From an uncultured Thiotrichales bacterium (GTDB lineage: Bacteria; Pseudomonadota; Gammaproteobacteria; UBA4575), in contig CAZWQM010000001.1 in NCBI GenBank assembly GCA_964636225.1, forward strand, positions 2,717 through 66,716: a stretch of DNA of 64,000 nucleotides, read 5' to 3'. Below, piece after piece: positions 1 to 7,946 of the stretch (position 1 is the stretch's first letter; each line of letters starts with the position of its first letter). The translations under genes were made by a program, and so were the position numbers. Below the pieces are notes generated by a model that did not search any database, was not told the DNA's origin, and saw only the letters and a list, made by a program, of their open reading frames with translations.

Positions 1-102
1 GAAGTGCCTGACAATGCGCATATTGACTATGACGGAAAAAGTTGGGTTTGCAACAAACCATTGAAAAAACTAAATAATGAATGTGTTGCTAGGAATAAGT
101 AG
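1..102 (+). CDS. 3' end of a gene that starts upstream of the window (hypothetical)
   Basis: Open frame runs from window start to TAG at 100-102 (…ECVARNK*). No recognisable family. Confidence 0.25.
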   Translation, partial: EVPDNAHIDYDGKSWVCNKPLKKLNNECVARNK

Positions 103-526
103 TCATTAGTAAATCATTCATCAAAGATATTTGATGGCAGGTTTAATCGTTGCTTTAAATCAAGTCAAATAATAAAGCCTAACTATGTTGAGTGACCGCT
201 TTTTACTCTCGAAGCGTAGATATATTTTATAAATCGGATTTTTCTATAATTGATGGATCAACAAAGTTAATTTATAAACTAGGAAAGTTATAGAATAAAA
301 AACTCTGTAGTAGCTAAATTTTTAGTGTCAGTATAAAGCTGGCACTCTTCGTTTACCTTTTTTGTAAAAATTGGGTGAACTAATTTTTCAATTTCTGGTG
401 CATTCTGGTCTGCACATATATCAAACGTGGTAATCTTTACCGATTTACCTCGAAATACTAAAATAAGTCTTCGCCTAGACCATCCCAAAAATCTTGGGTA
501 GGCCGATTCTTGGAGAAATTCCAAAT

Positions 527-1729
527 ATGTCATTTGAAACTCTCGGTCTTAGTGCCGAATTACACCGTGCAGTGTCTGAAAAAGGCTATAGCACACCAAC
601 ACCAATACAATGTCAGGCAATCCCTTTAATTTTACAAGGTCGTGACATAATGGGTGCCGCGCAGACAGGAACCGGTAAAACTGCTGGGTTCACCCTGCCG
701 CTATTGCAGCGGTTAATGTCTTCCAGTACAAACATAAAAGGACGTCGTCCTATCCGTTCGCTAGTGATAGTGCCAACTCGAGAGCTTGCTGCGCAAGTTG
801 CTGAAAGTGTGTTTACTTATGGTAAGTACTTACCGCTTCGGTCCACCGCAGTGTTTGGTGGCGTAAGCATCAATCTGCAAAAACAAACTCTGCAAAACGG
901 TGTGGATGTTCTAGTCGCCACCCCAGGCAGGCTGCTAGATCACGTCCGTCAAGGCACTGTCGACCTCTCGAATGTGGAAATTCTAGTGCTTGATGAGGCC
1001 GATCGCATGCTTGATATGGGATTTATTCATGATATCCGTAAAGTGCTCGCACTATTGCCAAAACACAAACAAACGTTACTTTTCTCAGCCACTTTCTCTA
1101 AAGAAATTAAGCAGCTGGGAAACAACTTACTCAAGTCGCCAGCCTTGATTGAAGTGGCTACTCAAAATACGGCTTCAGATCTTGTTACTCAGGTTGTCCA
1201 TCCGGTAGATAAAAGTCGAAAGCGTGAATTGCTTTCTTATCTGATTGGTATGAATAACTGGAAACAACTACTGGTATTTAACCGTACTAAACACAGCGCA
1301 AATCGACTGTCCAAGCAATTAATTGCTGACGGCATCAGCGCAACTGCGATTCATGGTAATAAGAGCCAGGGTGCACGCACCAAAGCGCTAGCAGATTTCA
1401 AATCTGGCAAAGTGCGTGTTTTAGTTGCAACGGATATTGCTGCGCGAGGCCTTGATATTAGCCAGCTACCGCACGTAGTAAATTTTGACTTGCCAAATGC
1501 CGCGGAGGACTACGTTCACCGAATTGGCCGCACAGGTCGGGCTGGTCATGAAGGAGAAGCCGTGTCACTGGTGTGCCTGGAAGAAGTGAAGCTGCTTAAA
1601 AATATCGAACGTCTTATAAATCGCGGTATACCGAAAGTGGTAATTAATAATTTTGAGCCTGACCTCTCCATCGAGCCGTCACCCATTAAGATAGGAGGCG
1701 GGAAAAAGAACACTTCTAAAAAGTTTTGA
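527..1729 (+). CDS. rhlE: ATP-dependent DEAD-box RNA helicase RhlE
   Basis: Starts MSFETLGL…TPTPIQ (Q-motif). Has AQTGTGKT (motif I), PTRELA, DEAD box ([13 protein letters not shown]), [13 protein letters not shown] (motif VI). Start chosen at the internal ATG at 527 that matches the canonical helicase N-terminus. Confidence 0.9.
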   Translation: MSFETLGLSAELHRAVSEKGYSTPTPIQCQAIPLILQGRDIMGAAQTGTGKTAGFTLPLLQRLMSSSTNIKGRRPIRSLVIVPTRELAAQVAESVFTYGKYLPLRSTAVFGGVSINLQKQTLQNGVDVLVATPGRLLDHVRQGTVDLSNVEILVLDEADRMLDMGFIHDIRKVLALLPKHKQTLLFSATFSKEIKQLGNNLLKSPALIEVATQNTASDLVTQVVHPVDKSRKRELLSYLIGMNNWKQLLVFNRTKHSANRLSKQLIADGISATAIHGNKSQGARTKALADFKSGKVRVLVATDIAARGLDISQLPHVVNFDLPNAAEDYVHRIGRTGRAGHEGEAVSLVCLEEVKLLKNIERLINRGIPKVVINNFEPDLSIEPSPIKIGGGKKNTSKKF

Positions 1730-1911
1730 AGAAGCGATCTCAACAGAATTGGGATAGTTCAGATTTATCATTGTCGTATGACTTTATAAATTGACTGTAA
1801 CTCTGTAGGGATCGATAGTCTTAAGAATAATCAAAAAAGGAAGCTAAAAGTGTATAGCTATAAATGTTATTTTGAAGCAGACAGTACTCTGCAGTCATAT
1901 GAGGATATTTA

Positions 1912-2562
1912 TTGTCGTCAATAAGATTTCGATATCAAACCATCGAGTTCGGTGACCGAGATATACATTTGCGCACTCTGCGTGACAAACAGCAATATTG
2001 TGACAAAGATAGAGTTGCTGAAAAGCTTGGGATATCTTCCGCTATGTGGCCGATGTTTGGTGTCATATGGCCATCCAGTCAAGTATTAGCCAATTATCTT
2101 CAGGATTTTGATATTAAGAATAAACGAATCCTCGAAGTAGGTTGTGGGATTGGATTAGTTAGCCTACTTTTAAACTCACGACTAGCAAACATTACTGCTA
2201 CTGATTTTCATCCTGAGGTGGAAAAATATCTTAATATTAATGTTCACTTAAACAACGGTAAAAAAATACCATTTGTAAGAACTGGTTGGGACGATAATAT
2301 CAGTATCCTTGGAAAATTTGATCTTATAGTAGGGAGTGACTTGCTATATGAAAAAGATCATGCCAAATCATTGTCCAGCTTCATTAATCAACATGCAAAA
2401 GTGAAAGTTGAGGTAATACTTGCGGATCCTGGCAGAGGTGTTCACGCTTCGTTTAGCAAAAACATGAATTTACTGGGTTATTCACATAATCAATACAAAG
2501 TGAACGATACCCCATGTCTTGAGACTCCATTTAAAGGACGAATTTTACGATATCAGCGTTAA
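1912..2562 (+). CDS. class I SAM-dependent methyltransferase (protein-lysine MTase-like)
   Basis: EVGCGIGLVSLLL glycine-rich SAM motif, followed by GSDLLY (post-II motif typical of METTL21/Nnt1-like methyltransferases). Confidence 0.55.
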   Translation: MSSIRFRYQTIEFGDRDIHLRTLRDKQQYCDKDRVAEKLGISSAMWPMFGVIWPSSQVLANYLQDFDIKNKRILEVGCGIGLVSLLLNSRLANITATDFHPEVEKYLNINVHLNNGKKIPFVRTGWDDNISILGKFDLIVGSDLLYEKDHAKSLSSFINQHAKVKVEVILADPGRGVHASFSKNMNLLGYSHNQYKVNDTPCLETPFKGRILRYQR

Positions 2563-3248
2563 TGGTTAATTGAATAGGTTAACCACAGGCTATATCTGAT
2601 GAAAATTTGAGAATAACCAACCATCGTGATTGGAGGAAGCCTTGGTAAAGCAAGTTGTGAAAAACCGTCTGCTAAAAAAGCGTAATCGCAGATGAATAGG
2701 ACGATACATGAGGCATCCGGCTTCTGAGCGATACGAGATCATTTGCCCGCTCTAATAGCCCAGATAAACATCCTTCTCATTGACTTGGGTTAGCCATTTC
2801 TTCTGTTGCCTATCGAAAAAGATCCATATCATATTTTATCCTCTCTTTAAGATTATCTATCAGAGGCTTGCAACCTGGGCTGAGTCTAAAGTAACCAGTG
2901 TGAGACTATCGGGTTGATTTCATTGACAATGAGTAGAATGAAGGTATGCTTCCCGCTCCAAGCCAAAGAACTTCACATTAAAAATTATTTGCCACTATAA
3001 CGCCACAATTACAGTCGTAAAACTTGTGAATACAAAAAGGCATAGTGAATTAAATAAACCAAACCATGCAAACAAATTTGGTTATAATTCGCAACTTCCT
3101 AAGAATAGGTTCGCACATTTTAAATGGACGAAAAATAGGAAGAAAAAATAATTAAAAACAAAAAGTTAATAAAACTTTATAAAGTGACTTGTAACGCAAG
3201 AATCTGGGCCAACTCAGAGCTTGTGGCAATCATAAAAGTAAAAACCAC

Positions 3249-3322
3249 GGCGAGTTGGCAGAGTGGTGATGCAGCGGCCTGCAAAGCCGTGTACAGCGGT
3301 TCGATTCCGCTACTCGCCTCCA
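3249..3322 (+). tRNA. tRNA-Cys (GCA)
   Basis: GGCGAGTTGGCAGAGTGGT…CCTGCAAAGCC…GGTTCGATTCCGCTACTCGCCTCCA. Cloverleaf with GCA anticodon and encoded CCA. Close to E. coli tRNA-Cys. Confidence 0.85.
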
Positions 3323-3478
3323 AGTCACGTCCCGCTATTTTAAAAAAATGCGCCTAAGTAGCGCGTGACTGAAGACTGCGAATCTAACAATTGTACGCAG
3401 GTGAATTAAAAGCCCACTACTTAAATGAGTGGCAGAAATCAGAAGTACACACAGTAGTATTAAAAAACCCATCACCCT

Positions 3479-3566
3479 GCCCGGGTGGCGGAATTGGTAG
3501 ACGCAAGGGACTTAAAATCCCTCGCCTGTATAAGGCGTGCCGGTTCGACTCCGGCCCCGGGCACCA
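3479..3566 (+). tRNA. tRNA-Leu (TAA)
   Basis: GCCCGGGTGGCGGAATTGGTAGACGC…GGGACTTAAAATCCC…long variable arm…GGTTCGACTCCGGCCCCGGGCACCA. Type II tRNA with anticodon TAA. Confidence 0.85.
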
Positions 3567-3847
3567 TTAAAAACAGTTAGTTATAATGTTTTATTAATCT
3601 ATAAAATTAAGTGATAATTATTCTGGGTATACCTATGGGTATACTTTGACTTAACAAGTTCACGCTCCATTTATATCTAAGTTCTAGCGTCCACTCCCCG
3701 TTTCACCCCCAGAGGGGCCCCAACCAATCTTAATCAGATTACCGAAAGTAATTTCATTTATTAAAAATTAAATGTTTCATATGGTTTCATTTGTTATTGT
3801 GTTTGCAGAGATTGATTCTCAAATCAACAAAATAAGAATTTTTAATA

Positions 3848-4228
3848 ATGGACAATTTAAATACATCTGGCGATATATATAAGTACTTTCTCGATTCTGC
3901 ACAATTTCCATATTCCACTGCAGAGCAAAATTGTATAAAAAATACCGTCAATAAGCTTTTCGCTCAGCCAACTAAGGGCAGTCATCCGGGGATGCTTTTA
4001 GGGAAAATTCAGTCGGGTAAAACAAAAACGTTCATGGCCATCATTGGTCTCGCATTTGATAATGGTTACCAAGTTTCTGTTGTATTTACGAAGGGAACTA
4101 AAGCTTTATCTAAACAGACTGAACAAAGAATTCAAAAGGATTTTAGTAAATTCATAGAAAATGATGATCTTCTAGTTTTCGACATAATGAATATGCCTTT
4201 ATCACTGTATAAGGCTTTTCATCTATAA
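3848..4228 (+). pseudogene. N-terminal fragment of a P-loop (Z1-domain-like) protein
   Basis: 126-aa ORF with a Walker-A-like motif LLGKIQSGKTKTFMAIIGLA near the N-terminus. The ORF stops after about 125 aa with no helicase/ATPase body, and its 3' end is overlapped by an antisense ORF. Truncated. Confidence 0.3.
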
Positions 4229-4541
4229 ATGCTTTTAAAGCCGCTAAGTATAAAAGGTCATATAACTTTGCATTTGCTTTTTTGAATGGATTTCTCGTGG
4301 CTGAATAGTTGTAAATTAGTACATCGATATCGTCATGCTCTATATGGTCGTCTGGATGATGTAGTTCTTTATCTCGATTCCTTAGACTATCTATGTGGTC
4401 TGATAGTATCTGTATGCATTTAGAAATATCTTTCCAATCCACATGATGAAAATGTAATTTACTCCAAATAAGTGCTAGCCGAACAGGATCGTCAAGTTGA
4501 TCGAAACTCCAATTAATAAATTGTTCATATTTTTTGGGCAT
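4152..4541 (-). CDS. hypothetical protein (possible gene fragment)
   Basis: 129-aa ORF, His/Asp-rich, no recognisable motif. Lies in the tRNA-Leu islet and overlaps the 3' end of the previous fragment. Confidence 0.25.
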   Translation of the reverse strand: MPKKYEQFINWSFDQLDDPVRLALIWSKLHFHHVDWKDISKCIQILSDHIDSLRNRDKELHHPDDHIEHDDIDVLIYNYSATRNPFKKANAKLYDLLYLAALKAFIDEKPYTVIKAYSLCRKLEDHHFL

Positions 4542-4759
4542 GTATCTCAGAATAATATAAATGTTTGATTATATTAAAATAAGTAGATCTAGTTAAATGC
4601 TACATCATTCTTTAAAGTATTTTGTAGATACCTAGATTTCATGAATTATAATATTTATAAACTCTATTGACACATAGATAATTGAATTCAGCTCACGCAA
4701 ATAAAAATGGCATTGCGGCTGTTTTATAAACAAAGATACTCTAGTAAGGAGATAAAGAA

Positions 4760-5110
4760 TTGGAAAATGAAATATCAGGGCTTTTAGACAAACTTAGAGC
4801 TTTTTCTGAAGCACGTGATTGGGCTCAGTTCCACTCACCAAAAAATTTAGCTTGTGCATTGTCAGTTGAAGCATCAGAGCTTTTAGAACATTTTCAATGG
4901 ATGAAAGAAGATGAAAGTCGATTACTTTCATCCGAAAAGTTAGCAGCGGTTGAGTCTGAAATTGCTGATGTTTTTTGTTACTTGCTTATGATTTCTGAAA
5001 AGCTTGGCATTGACTTAATTAAATCAACTAATAAAAAAATAGAGTTTAATAATTTGCGTTATCCGGTAGATAAGGCAAAAGGTCGAAGCAACAAATATAC
5101 CGAGTTATAA
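4760..5110 (+). CDS. MazG-like nucleoside-triphosphate pyrophosphohydrolase (small single-domain type)
   Basis: 116 aa. EASELLEHF (EExxE metal-binding helix) and EIADVFCYLLMISEKLGIDL (second MazG helix). Ends 10 bp before the start of the next gene. Confidence 0.7.
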   Translation: MENEISGLLDKLRAFSEARDWAQFHSPKNLACALSVEASELLEHFQWMKEDESRLLSSEKLAAVESEIADVFCYLLMISEKLGIDLIKSTNKKIEFNNLRYPVDKAKGRSNKYTEL

Positions 5111-5119
5111 AAGGTATTT

Positions 5120-6997
5120 ATGATTATTTACAAATCCACGGTAAAGGAATTTCGTGATAATTGTTTCACTAGGGCTATTGGTGAGGTTGTTCAAGAAACA
5201 TATGAACGGATTACTCATAAACATGTAGGCCAATCTGAAATTAACTCATGGAGTTCATCGCTACAGCAAGTTGCCATTGCGTTAAATGATGATGAAATTC
5301 CCAGCGATGCAGGCGTAGCTATTGAGTACACAATTCCTCAATCATCAAAACGGGTTGATTTTATTATTACTGGGTATGATGAATTTAAAAAACCATCACT
5401 AATTATTTTAGAACTTAAGCAATGGTCTACGTCAAAAGTTTCAGACAAAGACGGCATTATTATTGCTCGCAGAGGTGGTTCATCTGGCGAAACTGAAGGA
5501 CCACATCCATCATATCAAGCTTGGTCTTATGCAGCACTTTTAAAAGGGTTTAATGAAGCGGTCTATACATCTGAAATAGAACTACTTCCCTGTGCCTATC
5601 TACATAACCATCCAGCCGACGATACTGTTAATAACGAGACATATAGCGACTATATCAAGCAAGCTCCTTTATTTTTAAAGGGAGATATTGAACGAAAGCG
5701 TCTTCGTTCTTTTGTTGCACAACATATAAAGCATGGAGATGCAGCTGCGTTAATAGAAGTTGTGGAGGGTGGCAGAATTAGGCCATCAAAGGCTTTGGCA
5801 GACAGCTTAAGTAAAATGATTAAAGGTAATCAAGAATTTATATTAATAGATGACCAAAAAGTAGTATATGAATCAGTTCTATCAACTGCTACAACAGCGA
5901 CAGAAGCAGCAAAAAAAGTCATCGTAATTGAAGGTGGGCCTGGCACAGGTAAATCCGTTGTCGCCATCAATTTATTAGTTGAATTAACCAAGCGAGGTCT
6001 TTTAACTAAATATGTCTCTAAGAACGCCGCACCTCGTGCTGTTTATAAAGCAAGGCTAACTAGAACGCTAAAACAAACAGAGATTAGCAATATGTTTGGT
6101 GGTTCAGGGGCGTTTATTGAAACAAAGGATAATATTTTTGACGTGTTACTAGTAGATGAGGCTCATAGATTAAATGAAAAATCTGGACTTTATGGCAATT
6201 TAGGCGAAAACCAGATTAAGGAAATTATTAAATCATCAAAATGTTCAGTATTTTTTATTGATGAAAGCCAGCGTGTTACGTTATCTGACATTGGGCGTAT
6301 TGCTGAAATAAAAAAACATGCTGAAGCATTAGGCGCTGCTGTAACTAAGTACGAATTAGCCTCTCAATTTAGATGCGGTGGGTCTGATGGCTACCTCTCT
6401 TGGTTGGACAATACACTCGGCATTAGAGAAACGGCCAATAACATGCTGGATACTGCTGAATATGATTTTAGAATTTTTGATACAGCTAGTGAATTACACG
6501 AGGTAATAGCGCAAAAAAACCTAGAAAAAAATAGTGCTCGTGTTGTTGCAGGTTATTGCTGGGAATGGTTAAGTAAAAATAATAGTAATGCCTATGACAT
6601 AGTTCTAGAAGATGGCAAATATAAAAAGCGCTGGAATCTAAGTCAAGATGGTAGCCTCTGGATTATTGCACCCAGTTCTGTTGAGCAAGTAGGTTGTATT
6701 CATACTTGCCAGGGACTCGAAGTTGATTATATCGGAGTGATTATTGGCCCAGATTTAATTGTTAGAGATGGTGTAATTCAAACCCGTTATCGTGAACGTG
6801 CAACTGCTGACCGTCGGAAATCGCTAACTGGTATCGAGGGATTGATGCAAACCAACCCCCAAGAGGCTCTTAACGCAGCAGATGAAATCATTAAAAACAC
6901 TTATCGAACATTGATGACTCGCGGCATGAAAGCCTGTTATGTGTATTCTGCCGATGAGGAAACCAGAGCCTATTTTGCTGGGTGTTTGAGTCGTTGA
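5120..6997 (+). CDS. DUF2075-family nuclease-helicase (Nhi-like); N-terminal PD-(D/E)xK-like domain plus SF1 helicase/AAA domain
   Basis: N-terminal region KRVDFIITGYD…IILELKQW (D…ExK nuclease-like). Central Walker A VIVIEGGPGTGKSVVAINLL and Walker B/DEAH-like LLVDEAHRL. C-terminal GYCWEW…helicase C-domain motifs. Architecture typical of DUF2075 proteins. Confidence 0.75.
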   Translation: MIIYKSTVKEFRDNCFTRAIGEVVQETYERITHKHVGQSEINSWSSSLQQVAIALNDDEIPSDAGVAIEYTIPQSSKRVDFIITGYDEFKKPSLIILELKQWSTSKVSDKDGIIIARRGGSSGETEGPHPSYQAWSYAALLKGFNEAVYTSEIELLPCAYLHNHPADDTVNNETYSDYIKQAPLFLKGDIERKRLRSFVAQHIKHGDAAALIEVVEGGRIRPSKALADSLSKMIKGNQEFILIDDQKVVYESVLSTATTATEAAKKVIVIEGGPGTGKSVVAINLLVELTKRGLLTKYVSKNAAPRAVYKARLTRTLKQTEISNMFGGSGAFIETKDNIFDVLLVDEAHRLNEKSGLYGNLGENQIKEIIKSSKCSVFFIDESQRVTLSDIGRIAEIKKHAEALGAAVTKYELASQFRCGGSDGYLSWLDNTLGIRETANNMLDTAEYDFRIFDTASELHEVIAQKNLEKNSARVVAGYCWEWLSKNNSNAYDIVLEDGKYKKRWNLSQDGSLWIIAPSSVEQVGCIHTCQGLEVDYIGVIIGPDLIVRDGVIQTRYRERATADRRKSLTGIEGLMQTNPQEALNAADEIIKNTYRTLMTRGMKACYVYSADEETRAYFAGCLSR

Positions 6998-7293
6998 AGT
7001 TAAATCGTCGTTGATGCTGCTTGAGAGTGGGGAACCCCGATACCACAGAAAAGTTTTTTGCTTGGGGCAGCATTAAGGATGCCAATAAACTCACCTAATT
7101 GTTCGTCCAAAATACAGTGTAAGTATTGCCAGATGGGACCCAATTGAAAAATGGGGGGTAGGGCATCGCTAATCTTGCATGGTAAAATCAGTCATGGGTA
7201 CCTCTTAATAAAGCTTCCTAGGCTTAATTTTTTGGGGGTATTTATGGGGGTATCAAAATTATTACTAATAAAATAGTAGTTTATAATCAATTA

Positions 7294-7549
7294 ATTAAGA
7301 CAGAAATGTGATTCCGGCCCCGGCACCAATCTGGCAAAGCTATTTTGCTATCAGTTAAAACAACCCATCGATGTGCTGGCAGGCTCTAAACTGATCGCTA
7401 AAGGCTGGTATGACAACAGTTCGCAAAATCCGAATAATCCGGATCCTAACGCCGAAGTGAATTTCGGTCTGAGAACGCGTGATGAAATGATGATTGGTTA
7501 TTTCGACTGGGTAGATACACCTGCACAACAAACTGCACTAATAAAATAG
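7294..7549 (+). pseudogene. orphan 3' gene remnant (C-terminal about 80 codons, no start)
   Basis: Open frame …LAGSKLIAKGWYDNSSQNPNNPDPNAEVNFGLRTRDEMMIGYFDWVDTPAQQTALIK* ends at TAG 7547-7549. There is no upstream start or N-terminal body. It begins immediately at the att-like repeat. Confidence 0.3.
7311..7328 (+). repeat. degenerate direct repeat of the tRNA-Leu 3' end (candidate attR)
   Basis: TCCGGCCCCGGCACCA at 7313-7328 versus TCCGGCCCCGGGCACCA at tRNA-Leu 3550-3566. Identical apart from a one-nucleotide deletion. Confidence 0.45.
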
Positions 7550-7893
7550 AGTCAGACTCGAATTAAGTCGGCGAAATTAAAGATGTAGAACATGACATTT
7601 AAAAATTTATAAATGTAAATAATTTAATGTGGTGATGAACACTTAACATTAACGTGTTATATTGTAAAAAATCGAGTTTGTTCCTATTTCTACTAATTTT
7701 AAAATAGTTAACTTGTCAGTACCTGAATGACTCTGGTTGTTTCTGTAGAGTTTTCGTTACAGTAGTTAAGTACGACTGCCTGGATTTATTCATGAAATAT
7801 TTGACTAGATCTCATATGAATTAATGTGTGCGGCAATTAGTCGCATCGTTACTTTCATCCTCTCGTGTTATTTTGTTGCCGCTTTTGTCAGGC

Positions 7894-7912
7894 TATAAAT
7901 CATTAGCATTTC
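7894..7912 (+). promoter_or_regulatory. weak Fur-box-like sequence upstream of the TonB-dependent receptor
   Basis: ATAAATCATTAGCATTTCA contains the AATCATTA core of the Fur consensus GATAATGATAATCATTATC. About 9/12 match over the core region. Confidence 0.25.
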
Positions 7913-7946
7913 AGTCATTTTTTAAGAAAAACAACAGGACATTACC

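Noticed and set aside
288-533. 81-aa minus-strand ORF overlapping the rhlE start
   Set aside because: It has no motif. It lies antisense to the rhlE 5' end and promoter region. It is most likely a chance ORF in AT-rich DNA.
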